A stretch of 64,000 nt of DNA, taken from NCBI GenBank assembly GCA_951406725.2, contig OX597817.1, positions 164,424,001-164,488,000 on the forward strand, in the 5' to 3' direction. Under the pieces are notes generated by a model that worked only from the letters and a program-made list of their open reading frames with translations, did not search any database and was not told where the DNA came from. The DNA comes from Octopus vulgaris. Taxonomy: Eukaryota. Made by a program: the position numbers and the translations under genes. Below are positions 23,745 to 36,365 of the stretch, piece by piece; the stretch's first letter is position 1, and every line of letters begins with the position of its first letter.

Positions 23745-24058
23745 AAATCAACACAAATTCTTTATATATTGATATGTGAGTGAGTGTGTGACTGTGAGCA
23801 TGTGTGTGCTTATATGTTTGTGGTTGTATATATAAAGATTACCAAAATACAAACCATCATGGAATGTATCCAAAACAATGTCTTACCTGCAGTGTGTTTA
23901 GGACAATTCTGCACAATGTGATATTTCTTTAATAATGATTCAGGGAAAAGTCCACGGCAGTTTTTCACTGCTTTTCTCCCTTCACCTCACCCCTTTTGTG
24001 GCTTCTATTGTATTCTGTTGGGTTTCATTTTATTTCTTTTTAATGTTTGTTTGCTTGT

Positions 24059-24357
24059 AACAAGCACCATCCGATCGTGGCCGTTTTGCCAGCCTCATCT
24101 GGCACCTGTGTCGGTGGCACATAAAAACACCATCCGAGCGTGGCCGTTTTGCCAGCCTCATCTGGCACCTGTGTCGGTGGCACATAAAAACACCATCCGA
24201 GCGTGGCCGTCTGCCAGCCTGGTTGGCGTTAGGAAGGGCATCCAGCTGTAGAAACACTGCCAGATCTGACTGGTGCAGCTTTCGGGCTCCCCAGACCCCA
24301 GTTGAACCGTCCAACCCATGCTAGCATGGAAAGCGGACGTTAAATGATGATGATGAT
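24059..24357 (+). mobile_element. RTE-LINE 3'UTR copy downstream of the KLHL stop, with an internal tandem duplication and 16-bp TSD
   Basis: TSD ATGTTTGTTTGCTTGT at 24043-24058 and 24356-24371; unit CACCATCCGAGCGTGGCCGTTTTGCCAGCCTCATCTGGCACCTGTGTCGGTGGCACATAAAAA repeated. Confidence 0.9.
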
Positions 24358-25000
24358 GTTTGTTTGCTTGTCTCCCCATCCTCATCTCTTGCACTTCTAT
24401 TGTATTATTTATTTCTATCCCAAGAAACCACAAAACAAAACTTAAAACAGTAGCCTCTGTTCTTAATGTCTCAACAAAACTTTAGTATTTTCCTTATGTT
24501 ATTCTGTCATTGAAAGCTCGATTCTTTTTAAAATAAATACAGATATTTTGTTACCGTCTACAATGGCATGAACTTGTCTAAGTCAGCTTTGACTTCCATC
24601 CCTTCAGGATTGATCCAAGTAAATACCAGTAATACACCAAGGATTTGGTCAGTTCACTTTCAGTTAACTACATCTCCCTCTTCAACAAACGTGTGATCTT
24701 GTACCACACATTTCTTGAAAGGGAGCATAGATTCTTCATCATCATCATCATCGATATCTTTCTCAAGTGTTAAATTATTACTTGAACTATTGTTACACAG
24801 ATTGTTATTCACCTACTACGACCTCTTACCACAGGACCATTTTTTTTTTTTTGTTTTATTAGCATCTACTAAATAGAGATTGAACTCTTGTTAAATGTCT
24901 TTGGTTGTCCTTATACAACCAACAAGACAAATTATTATTGCTACAGAAATGTTTTCTGTCTCTTGAATTTTTACTGCAAGATTTCATTATTTTATTATTA

Positions 25001-25031
<31 letters not shown>

Positions 25032-25046
25032 CATTATTATTATTAA

Positions 25047-25303
25047 GGTGGTGAGCTGGCAGAATCACTAGCATGCCTGCGAAAAATGCTTAGCAGCATT
25101 TCTTTGGGCTTTACGTTCTGAGTTCAAGTGCCACCCGGGTCAACTTTGCCTTTCATCCTTCAAGGGTCGACTTTACCTCTCATCCTTTCGGGATCGATAA
25201 AATAAGTACCAGTTGAACGCTGGGGTTGATATAATTGACTTATCCCCTCCCCCAAAATTATTGGCCTTGTGCCAAAATTTGAAATTATCATCATTATTAT
25301 TAA

Positions 25304-25334
<31 letters not shown>

Positions 25335-26311
25335 TTTAAAATGGTGGATTAGCAGAATCGTTAGTGTTAGATTAAATGCTTTCCAATATTTAGTTGTGAC
25401 TCCTTAATTATTGTATTCAGATCCTGCCAAGGTTAGCTTTGCCTTTCATCCCTTTAGTGGGGTGGTCAATAAAATGAAGACGGTACTAGTCAAGTATCGA
25501 GGTCGGTGTGGTTGACCAACCCTACTTCCACTAAATTTGCTGACCTTGTGCCGAAATTACAAAGAATTATTATTGGTTAGTATTACTATTATTATTGTTA
25601 TGAAGGTGGCAAACTGGCAGAATTGTTAATGCATCGGAACGAAATACTTAGCAGCATTTCTTCCAGCTTGTTACATTCTGAGTTCAAATGCCATCGATGT
25701 CAACTTTGCCTTTCAGAGTCAATAAAATAAAGTGCCAGTAGAGTTGCTGTAATTGCTTTGCCCCCTCAAAATTTCTGGCCTTGTGCCAAAATTAGAAAGG
25801 ATTATCGTCATCATCATCATCACAAGGACGGTGGGGTGTTGAATAAAATACTTTGCAGTATATGGTTACATCCTTTTATGTTCTGAGTTCTAATCATGCC
25901 AGAGTCAGCATTGCCTTTTGTTTTCCTGAGATTGATAAAATAAGTACCAGTTATATACTGGTGTTGATATGATTGATTGTTTACCTCCATTTTTACTCCC
26001 CAAAAGTTTCTGGTTTTATACCTGTGTAAGAAATTGTTGTTATTTTGTCATAACGTTCGGGGGTTGTGAATGGCATAATTAGTTGAGCACCAGACAAGAT
26101 CTTTGCACTATTTAGTTGCATCCATTTACTTTCTGATTGCAAATATCTCTCTCTGGGGTGGGGGTCAACTTTATACCTTTCACCCTTCCAAGGTTGATAA
26201 AGTTAGCACCTGTTAAGTACTTGAAGCAGTTTGATCAACTAATCCTCCACTATATTTCTGGCCTAATGCCTTTATTAGAACTTATTATTAAAGTTGTTGT
26301 TATGGTTATCG

Positions 26312-26355
<44 letters not shown>

Positions 26356-26565
26356 GGTGGTGAGCTGGCAGAATTGTTAGAATGAAATGCTTAGCAGCAT
26401 TTTGTCCATATTTACATCCTGAGTTCAAATGCCACCAAGGCCAACTTTGCTTCTCGTCCTTTCAGGATCAATAAAATAAGTACCAGTTGAGTACTGGGGT
26501 TGATGTATTCAACTAGTGCTCTTCCCACAAATTTCAAGCCCTGTGCCTAAAGCAGAAAGACTTAT
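25047..26565 (+). mobile_element. Head-to-tail cluster of about six Nin/Deu-domain SINE copies separated by (ATT)n-like tracts
   Basis: Heads resembling GGTGGTGAGCTGGCAGAAT near 25047, 25342, 25605, 25827, 26065 and 26356, each followed by the CTTTGCCTTTCATCC domain. Confidence 0.8.
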
Positions 26566-27394
26566 TGTCACCATCATAAGGGCAATGTAGTTGAAAAAGA
26601 AAATGTTAATGAACCAAAACTTAAAGTATTCAGTTCTGTTCATAACTATTCTAAATGCCCTGGAAGTATTTGTAATATTCTTGTGATTGATATTATAAAT
26701 TATATCTCACCTCAACAGCCTTGTCCTTGTAGCTTATATTATTATTATTAAGTTGACTCCATTTCCTCTAACATAAAGAGAGAAAGAAAATATGTAAGTT
26801 AAAACTATGGTAAATTATTTTGGTGTTCTGGGTTTAGAAAAGAACTGTTTTAATATTTGATACAGTATTTTGGCTTGACATTGATTTGTTTCATTGTTTC
26901 TTGTGAGATTATTTAATATTTGATCAAGGTAAACATACTCTGAAAAGAATCACATAGAATTCCTACAATTTTTTATAATTATTTAAAAATGAATCATTCT
27001 AACTAATAAACTCTCTCCTTCCAATGAATACTTTATATCAACCTTAGATTTCGAAGTGGATTTTTTTTTTTTTTATCTTTGTATTAAACCTTGTTCATCT
27101 GTTACTGAAAATTAGGTGTTAGATTGATTTAAAAAAAAAAAAAAACTTGTATTTTATGGCAAAGTATGGAAGAAGGGATTGCAAATAAGTGTCAACAGAC
27201 CAGGGCCCTATTAAATAATCAGTAACAATTTGTTTGGTGGTGTGTAAATTGAACCACTCTAATATGTAAAATGAAATAATTTGACATGTAGCAGTGTTAA
27301 GTCTGTAATGAAATACAGTTGTCTGGTGTTAGCTGGACTGATCACCACTGAAAACACATAAAAAATAGCAATCTAAAAACATAAACAACGAGCA

Positions 27395-27625
27395 GATACA
27401 ATTATCCAATGTGATATTACCTTGATATAATTATATGCTATGATATTGCCTGGATGTAATTTATACAATGTGGTATTACTTGGATACAATTATATGGTGT
27501 GATATTACTAGTTAAAATGATATGGTATGATATTGCCTGGATATAATCATACAATGTGATATTCCCTTGATATAGTTACATTGTGTGGTTTTCCCTGGAT
27601 ATAAGTATATGGTGTAATATAGCCA
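27395..27625. repeat. Degenerate ~29-bp minisatellite, about 8 copies
   Basis: Unit about GATATAATTATACAATGTGATATTACCTG. Confidence 0.8.
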
Positions 27626-27879
27626 GTTTACAGAACAAAAACACTCGATGTTCTGTGGTGCAGTTTGTTGCACAGACATAATTTCCAGAAATGCTACAAC
27701 ACTATCTCAGTTGCTTGAAGACTGTAAGAACAGCTGGAGTACACTTAAATTATGTTTTTAGATTCAATCTTTCTAATACTTTTAACTATTAATAACCACT
27801 TCAGATATCCAAGGCAGCTAAAGGTTTGGTTTATTGTTGGTGTCACTCAGATAGATCAAAAAGCTGGTATTTCATTTAA

Positions 27880-28110
27880 GGCGGCGAGCTGGCAGAAATG
27901 TTAGCACGCCGGGCGAAATGCTTAGCGGTATTTCGTCTGCGTTACGTTGTGAGTTCAAATTCCGCTGAGGTCGACTTTGCCTTTCATCCTTTCGGGGTCA
28001 ATAAATTAAGTACCAGTTACGCACTGGGGTCGATGTAATCGACTTAATACCTATGCCTGTCCTTGTTTGTCTCCTCTGTGTTTAGCCCCTTGTGGGCAAT
28101 AAAGAAATAG
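27880..28110 (+). mobile_element. Young Nin/Deu-domain SINE
   Basis: GGCGGCGAGCTGGCAGAA..GAGTTCAAATTCCGC (A/B boxes), CpGs retained, TSD GGTATTTCAT. Confidence 0.9.
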
Positions 28111-28844
28111 GTATTTCATGGTGAATGAGGTTTTCACTCAAGGAGGAGGATGCACCTGCATTTCAAATGAAAACTGCCTAGTTTCTTTTTGTGCACACAC
28201 ACATATATATTATATTTGGTTAATGAGAGATGGAAGATACGAGAATTTTTATTTATCACTACATGAGTATTATCTATATTTAATATAATATACTAACAGT
28301 AGTTCTAGAGTTACTACCAAAAGTGTCATTGCTGCAGTCTATAGAATTTTTGCTTTCTTCAGTTCGATAAATAGCAGTGCAGTCTAAATAGCAATTGCTG
28401 GTGTAGCACTGGATAACAATACTTGCTTAAACTGCACCAGATAATAATATTGCTTAATTAATCATGTTCCACGATACTGCCACAAATAACAAAGAGAGAA
28501 TTCCATTATATGTAATTGTTTGTGAGAGATTTATTAGCTACAGGTTTTTCTGACATCAGGAAAAAATAAATCAATAACACCATAAATACTTAAATATCAC
28601 AATATCCATATTTTTTGCTGAACTGGAAACTGCTGGTAATTTACAACAAAATTTTGAAACTGACAGAATTTAGTAACTTAATGTCCACCTTTGAAAGATA
28701 GTTTTCTTTTCATATTATAAAGTTCAATACCAATCTTTTTAAATGCTTCTTTTTTTTTTACCTCATTCTGTTGGTTGTATTCAGTGGCACTTCAGCTTCA
28801 GAACAATACCACCCGTCGCTTTTGAATATGATATTTTAATAAAA

Positions 28845-28905
28845 ATAATAATAATGAAATTATTGTATACAGTGCTCAGGTGCACCACAACTTGTCAGAA
28901 GTGCA
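28845..28905 (-). mobile_element. Very short 3' tail of a CR1/L2 family related to the 12768 element
   Basis: Reverse complement AGTTGTGGTGCACCTGAGCACTGTATACAAT..(ATT)n matches 15066-15125. Confidence 0.7.
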
Positions 28906-29979
28906 AGCTTTATCTTATTACATTTACTTTCTACTGTTAACTGTGATCACTCATGGTGGCTGCGAGTTTTATGCCGAAAGTTAGGAATAGATAGACCGTT
29001 AAACAGATGTGTTTGCATTCATCTAACTAAATATGCATTGATTTAAAGCCTCTGGTTTAAAAAGTACTTTTTGTTCTAAGGTAGAATTCGTTGAAAGGAG
29101 AGTTGTATATTCTTTTTCTGAACCATATAGAAAAACTGTTTCTAAACAAGTCAATGATCATAAAATAGAAAGCATTAGCTTTATGATTTGTTAATAATGT
29201 TGTTATGTAATTATTATCCTCAAGAGTTTATCATGACCAGGATTATAACTCAGGCTTAATGTGATCAGGCCTATGTAGAAAAAGTCTACTAGTTACCCAA
29301 GACTTGCTGCAAGATATCTAATCTTCTCTGTTTATAGATCTTCCTTTACACACCAGGTAATCTACCTATATACCTCCACATCCTTTCTCCCCCCCCCCTT
29401 TTTTTTTGTTTTTACCATTTCAACGTGACATTTTCTTTGTCAACCCTTTTAATTGATATTTTCACTTCCAAATAGTGTTGATGTTTTTATTTTATTTTTA
29501 ATAAACTCTTGTAAAATAAATAAACTCAAATTAATAAAGCTCATATTATTTTTGTTTGACTACTTATTTTTTTTAATGAAGGTTAGTATAATTGACAAAT
29601 GTTTTGAATTATTAGCAATAAGCTGCTAAATATAAGGCAGTAATTATAGCTGTTAGTGGATTGTTAATGTCAGGGATAAATCTTGTTTAAATAACATTAA
29701 CAAACAACTAAATTTTTTTTACATGTTTGTTTGCTTTTGCTCACTACAGAATCATTTCTAGAAGGTTTTTTTTAGTTTTTTTTTTATGCTCACTGCATTA
29801 AATATGTTAACACTAACTTAACTACTGTTTCTCATGCAAAAGACACCTCTAAGTAATTCTTGGTGCCAGTGATGCCACATATTTCTGGTTACACTACATA
29901 CTGTTTAATTACAAGGAAATGTTGTTTTTTTTCATTTCTACAATGTTTCATAATCAAACCTTAATATGTAGTACTCATG

Positions 29980-30620
29980 AGGCAGTGAGCTGGCAGAATC
30001 ATTAGAACACTGGGCAAAATGCTTAGTGGTATTATTTTGTCCATCTTCACATTCTGAGTTCAAATTCTGCTGAGGTTAACTTTGTCTTTCATATTTTCAG
30101 GATTGATAAAATAAGCATCAGCTGAACAGTGGGCTGGATGTAATTGACTTAAACCCTTCCAAAATAAGCATCAGCTGAACAGTGGGCTGGATGTAATTGA
30201 CTTAAACCCTTCCAAAATAAGCATCAGCTGAACAGTGGGCTGGATGTAATTGACTTAAACCCTTCCAAAATAAGCATCAGCTGAACAGTGGGCTGGATGT
30301 AATTGACTTAAACCCTTCCAAAATAAGCATCAGCTGAACAGTGGGCTGGATGTAATTGACTTAAACCCTTCCAAAATAAGCATCAGCTGAACAGTGGGCT
30401 GGATGTAATTGACTTAAACCCTTCCAAAATAAGCATCAGCTGAACAGTGGGCTGGATGTAATTGACTTAAACCCTTCCAAAATAAGCATCAGCTGAACAG
30501 TGGGCTGGATGTAATTGACTTAAACCCTTCCAAAATAAGCATCAGCTGAACAGTGGGCTGGATGTAATTGACTTAAACCCTTCCCCAAATTTCTGGCCAT
30601 GTGCCAAAAATAGAAACCAG
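29980..30620 (+). mobile_element. Nin/Deu-domain SINE containing an internal tandem amplification
   Basis: Head GGCAGTGAGCTGGCAGAATC; the tail resumes after the array (CCCCAAATTTCTGGCCATGTGCC). Confidence 0.8.
30108..30584. repeat. 53-bp tandem repeat, 9 identical copies
   Basis: Unit AAAATAAGCATCAGCTGAACAGTGGGCTGGATGTAATTGACTTAAACCCTTCC; 477 bp = 9 x 53. Confidence 0.97.
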
Positions 30621-31689
30621 TATTTAGCACTCAAATTATGAAAATGTGCCACTATTAGCACATATGGTAGTTGTACGAAGTTTGTGATGAACCACTGGTG
30701 GTACGTGTGGCAGGTAATATGTTAATTGGCACCAATATTTCAGTTAATCTGTTTGACCAATACCTTATGTGAGTGAAATTTGGTAAATGGAAACTGTGCA
30801 GAAGCCCATGTATATGTTTGTGTGTATGCCTTAGGTATTCACTCAGCAGTTTGACACCTGAAGATGTGGAATAACATACTTTATGCAAAAAAACAAAGGC
30901 TAGTATTAAGAATGGCATGGTTGGACTGTTTGATGGATCCAAGGACTGAATTTTGCTCCATTGTCTACTTTGGCCTCTATGCAAGTCTACAAACCCCAAA
31001 GAAGTGATTTTATGCTAGATGAGAGAAGAGTCGGAGCAGAACTGGTTTCTTGCTCTATGCTAAAGAGGAGCTAACTGGTTATTCACATTTTAGAAGAGTG
31101 GGTGGGGGTGATTAGGGGTGGTGCTGGGAAGAGGTAAAAGCTGTGATAAGGTGTTTGAATGGACCCTCAAGGTGTGAGGTGAGTGGGGATAGGAGAACTG
31201 GGTAGAAGTTGCCAGGGTGTATGGGAGAGAGAGATTAGAAATGTGTGACTGTGTGTGTGAATATATTGAACAAAGAACAAGTTTTAAGGGCTGAGTGAAG
31301 AGCAGCAGAATAGCAATATTGATACAGTAGGCAAAGGAGAAATGATGTGATTGGGTAGATTGCCAGGGTGGGAGAAAGAGAGGCAAGCATAGTGTGAGAG
31401 ATGTCTGGTAGTGCAGAGGGAAAATAGCATGTTAGTTCAGTAGAATGATCAGTGTGAAATGTGGGTGGAGAGGACTATATAAGGATGAAGAATGGGTACC
31501 AAGTAAAATTGGTTCCAGACAGAGAGAAAGAATTGTGATATCAAAGAAAAGATACTGTATAAGAGATGATGGGTGGTGAGGGTGTCTTCTAGAGGAAATT
31601 GGGAGAGGGGCCCAGTTGTGCATGTATACAAACACACCCTGTTTAAAGAAATTAGTTTTGCTAATTTGTATGGGTGTTCTTGTGAATTG

Positions 31690-32575
31690 AATATCTCCAC
31701 ATCCTTCACCACTTTGTCTGTGTTCCTCTTTTGAAAAATCCATCCTCTTTAAGTGATCAGCACATCTTTATACAGCCGTTCTTGTCCCTACACATGTCCA
31801 TATCTACAGGGTCTTCTTTCTTGCATATTACATCTGCTACCTCTTATGCTGATCTCAGCACAATTATATTTTGTCTTTCATGAACACTTACATTGCACAT
31901 CCAATGGAGCATGCTCACGTCCTTTCTTTCCAGTCTCCTCAAATCCTCTGCATTCAAGACCCATATCTCACAACCAAACAGCTTGCAGTTCTAACACAAG
32001 CTTCGTACAATCTGCCCTTTATTCTATAGGAAATAACTTTTGTTGCCAGTAGTGACAGTAGCTCCCATACACACTTATATTGTCCATCCAATAGAGTATA
32101 CTCACTCCATTTTTTTTTCTTCCAGTTTTTTTAACAGTCCATTTTCTCTAGACCATTCTTACCCTGGCTGCAGTACTTTCAGGAGCAACCATTTCCTCTA
32201 CTAATTTACATCTAATTAACAAAGATTGCCAACTACTTCTAGTGAGTCAACTAGGCATTTAAGAGAACCAGTTCCTGGTGTGCTCGTGATATGAACTGCT
32301 TCAGTTCAACTAACCAGCTTACATTCTCTGTTAGTCTGCTTGTGAGTCCACTGCACTTTTTGTGTGTCCATAGCCTACAAGACACAGAGTATGGAATTTA
32401 TATCTACTCCTTTTCTAGTTAACAAATAAGGCCACTCCCCTAAGGATAAAAAGATTGTTTCTCCCTTTAGATTCAGCTCTGAGAACTAGATTGTCAACAT
32501 ATTGAAGTTCCCATGACCACTCAGTATTATTAAACTCCTTTGTGATGAACTGTAAAACTATGATGAATATAAGAC
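31690..32575 (-). mobile_element. Degenerate RTE LINE RT / C-terminal region
   Basis: Minus strand gives LIFIIVLQFITKEF..WELQYVDNLVLRAES (degenerate YADD) and LATKVISYRIKGRLYEACVRTA..GCEIWVLNAEDLRRLERKDVSMLHWMCNVSVHERQ. Confidence 0.8.
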
Positions 32576-33189
32576 TACATATACATACATAGATACATAA
32601 AAACGTATATATGCACACACGCATATATATATAGTGTTGTTGTAGATTGCATATCTAGGACTACTCTATCCACTGTGTTCTTTCGTTTTAAGATAAACTT
32701 GACTGCTACTTTTAGCTGGCTAAATGACAATTTAGAGGCTTTCTCATTGACTTACAATCAGTATGTTAGAATAAATAAACAGTGGAGAAGGCAATGGAGC
32801 TCAGTTTACTCTGTAATTTGATCAACCACTTATAACTTACAACTAGAGACAGATATAAATGGCTGAGGCTCTTGTCAACTTAATCAATGACCACATCAAC
32901 CATAGAGTCAAGAAAATATCTCCTTCTCCAAAGGCCACAACCTTGAGTCGTTACATTTAGGAAAAGAGATGTAGTTGATCAGCTACACTTCCTTTGTCAA
33001 ATGTAGTGAATGTAAAATTATATTTAACACCTTTATATATATTCAAACGTGGTAAGACCTTTCAGTGTTGAAATAGCCTGGTGAAAGATTTTATTCAAAG
33101 TCCAATGTGTTTTCACACATTACCTAAGAGGATAGATTTCTTCTTGGACTGTTTCCACTGCAAACCAGGTTATGTGTGTGTTTACAAGC

Positions 33190-33397
33190 GAAACACCTAA
33201 GCTCCACGTAGCTCTGGCAGACGGTAATGGCAAACTTCTGCTGACTCTTTTGCCACAACTTTCCCTCACTCTTTCCTCCTGCATCAAGCAGCTCACCTGT
33301 AATGGATCGGTGTCCCGTACAGGTGGGGAACCTATACGCTATTGAAACCAGGAAACCGGCCCTTATGAGCCAGGTATGGCTCGAGAAGGAACAAACA
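33190..33397 (+). mobile_element. SINE-like 3' fragment
   Basis: CACCTGTAATGGATCGGTGTCCCGTACAGG resembles a V/Meta-SINE-type motif; part of it (CCACAACTTTC.CTC.CTCTTTC) recurs inverted at about 48540-48570. Confidence 0.45.
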
Positions 33398-33429
33398 TCA
33401 TATATATATACATATATATATACACATAT

Positions 33430-33635
33430 AGTTAATCCAAACATGAAAACATAAAGAGAAAACACAACAATACGAGGATGTAGAACAAGTATAGTGTTAT
33501 TGGACTCTCGGGAAAGGAAAGAAAGGAGGATTTAACGTTTCGAGCGGAGCTCTTTGTCAGAAACATAGAGGAAGGGAAGGTTCAAGGAAGGGAAGACGGA
33601 GAAAGAAAATCGACAACGATACACGCAGTCACATA
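33430..33635 (-). mobile_element. Penelope-like terminal-repeat fragment with a degenerate minimal hammerhead
   Basis: Minus strand of 33530-33564 reads GTTT CTGACAA AGAGC-tcc-GCTC GAAACGTT AAAT; embedded in (TA)n. Confidence 0.55.
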
Positions 33636-33648
33636 TTTTATATATAAA

Positions 33649-34035
33649 TCTATATATATAAAGCTGAAGTTGTCTGTGTGTGGCAGGTTTGGTAGCCTTC
33701 AACTAACACTATCTCCTCTGAGACCCTGCAGCGCAAGTTGACCAAAATTGAGAGTATGATAGAAGAAGGCTTGCTCTTCATTCCATAGAAGATAAAATTC
33801 AAATCGGACCATGTTAAGACCAAAAATTATTTACATCAAAAAGGTGCTTTTTTTCTATGAAAATCCCTATTTTCTACGATTTTTTTTACTGCTGTGTCAC
33901 CATTTTTCAGTGTATTTCAACCAAATGTTCACTTAAAGAGAATAACAAGCTACATAAGGCAAAATTTTTACTTTTCAAAATTTCCAATTCTAAAGGGTCG
34001 AAACAAACCCAAGTAATGCCAGGCGATACTGCTAG
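33649..34035 (+). mobile_element. Non-autonomous Helitron
   Basis: Begins TC (A|TCTATATATATAAAGCTGAAG), ends CTAG|T, sits between A and T with no TSD; decayed subterminal hairpin CCCAAGTAATGCCAGGC shortly before the CTAG. Confidence 0.75.
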
Positions 34036-34499
34036 TATATATATATATATATCTGTTATAAATGAGGGTGAAAAATCGGTAATGGTGGTTTGTAAACAGT
34101 ATAGAAAAGTAAATATAAAATGTCAATAGTTGCACACAGAAATTATATGTATGTAAGCATAGAAACATTTGGATATTGATGATTGACAGACAATACATGA
34201 AATTACAAGAAGTTGAACAATTATTCATACAAAACTGTGTATATATGTGTTTGTGTGTGTGTCTATACACCCACTCTCATTCATACACAATCATATATGA
34301 AGTGTAATGATTGATAGCAACTATTGACAAATACAAGAATGATGAACAGCTGTACACAGAAAGCTATATATACAATAAGGTAATAAGTGACTGACACAGA
34401 TTAACAGAAAGGTCAACAGTTATACATTAAAAACTAATTCATTTAGTACAAGACAATTAAAAGGTCAAATGACTTAACTTTTAAAAAACTATAGGCATA

Positions 34500-35660
34500 G
34501 GCGCAGGAGTGGCTGTGTGGTAAGTAGCTTGCTAACCAACATGGTTCCGGGTTCAGTCCCACTGCGTGGCATCTTGGGCAAGTGTCTTCTGCTATAGCCC
34601 CGAGTCGACCAATGCCTTGTGAGTGGATTTGGTTGACGGAAACTGAAAGAAGCCTGTCGTATATATGTATATATATATATATATATACATATATATGTGT
34701 GTTCGTGTGTCTGTGTTTGTCCCCCTAGCATTGCTTGACAACCGATGCTGGTGTGTTTACGTCCCCGTCACTTAACGGTTCGGCAAAAGAGACCAATAGA
34801 ATAAGTACTGGGCTTACAAAGAATAAGTCCCGGGGTCGATTTGCTTGACTAAAAGGCGGTGCTCCAGCATGGCCGCAGTCAAATGACTGAAACAAGTAAA
34901 AGAGTATAGCTGTGAGGTAAGAAACTTGCTTCCCAACAACATGGTTCTGGTTTCAGTCTCACTGCATGACACTTTAAGCAAATGTTTTCTACTATAACTC
35001 TGAACTGACCAAACCCTTGTGTGGATTTGGTAGATGGAAACTGAAAGAAGCTTATTGTACGTATGTGTGTATACATATATATATATCATCATCATCGATG
35101 ATATATATATGTGTGTTTGTGTGTGTCTTTGTGTCTGTCCCCTGCCACCACTTGATAACTGGTGTTGGTGTGTTTACATCCCAGGAACTTAGTGATTTAA
35201 GAAAAGAGAACAACAGAATAAGTATTGTCTTAAAAAAACAATAGGTATTGGGCTTGATTCATTCAACTAAAAATTCTTCAAGGCAGTGCCCATGGCGTAG
35301 GAGTGACTGTGTGGTAAGTAGCTTGCTTACCAATCACGTGGTTTTGGGTTCAGTCCTACTGCATGGCACCTTGGGCAAGTGTCTTCCACAATAGCCTCAA
35401 GCCAACCAAAGCCTTGTGAGTGGATTTGTTAGACGGAAACTGAATGGATATATATGGGTGTGTGTGTGTGTGTGTGTGTGTGTGTATTTGTGTGTCTGTG
35501 TTTGTCCCCACAACATTGCTTCACAACCGATGCTGGTGTGTTTACGTCCCCGTAACTTAGCGGTTCGGCAAAAGAGACTGATAGAATAAGTACTAGGCTA
35601 ACAAAGAATAAGTCCTGGGGTCGATTTGCTCGATTAAATGACTGAAACAAGTAAAAGAGT
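34500..35660 (+). mobile_element. Three nested/tandem CORE-like SINE copies (34500-34904, about 34905-35292, 35293-35660)
   Basis: tRNA head GGCGCAGGAGTGGCTGTGTGGTAAG..GGTTCAGTCCC, CORE-like CTTGGGCAAGT, internal microsatellite, tail ATGACTGAAACAAGTAAAAGA. Confidence 0.9.
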
Positions 35661-35989
35661 ATAAAAGTTAAAAGAAAATATTATGTATGTGCGTTTAAAA
35701 TTTCGGTTTTACAATGTACAAAAAAGAAAAGAAATTGTAGAAAATGAGAAATAATCTAATAAATATAAGAAAAAGAGGGGTAGTAGTATTGCCTTTTGTC
35801 TCCTCAATCTCTACTTACGTTATTGTTCACATATATTTAATTGTAATTATATACACATTTCGCCCAAGCTTTACTATATTTTATATCCAATATATCAATT
35901 ATTATAATCCCTTATATAATTAAGTCATTTGCAGGGGCGTACATTCTGGGTGTGATAGCACTACCAATCGCAAATGGCAAATTCATCAC

Positions 35990-36365
35990 TCTTTACTCTT
36001 TTACTTGTTTTAGTCATTTGACTGTGGCCATGCTGGATCACCGCCTTTAGTCGAGCAAATCGACCCCGGGACTTATTCTTTGTAAGCCTAGTACTTATTC
36101 TATCAGTCTCTCTGCTAAGTTATGGGGACGTAAACACAACAGCATCAGTTGTCAAGTGATGTTGGGTGGGGGACAAACACACAAATATATATATACATAT
36201 ATACGACAGGCTTCTTTCAGTTTCCGTCTACCAAATCCACTCACAAGGCTTTGGTCGGCCTGAGGCTATAGTAGAAGACACTTGCCCAAGGTGCCACGCA
36301 GTGGGAATGAACCTGGAACTATGTGGTTGACAAGCAAGATATTTACCACACAGCCACTCTTGCAC
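35990..36365 (-). mobile_element. Full-length CORE-like SINE
   Basis: Reverse complement of the 34500 copy along its whole length. Confidence 0.9.

Noticed and set aside
27880-27965. tRNA gene-like A/B boxes
   Set aside because: SINE head continuing into the Nin/Deu domain; no complete cloverleaf
30108-30584. CRISPR-like regular array
   Set aside because: Units are identical end to end with no unique spacers, derive from a SINE, and the context is eukaryotic with no cas genes
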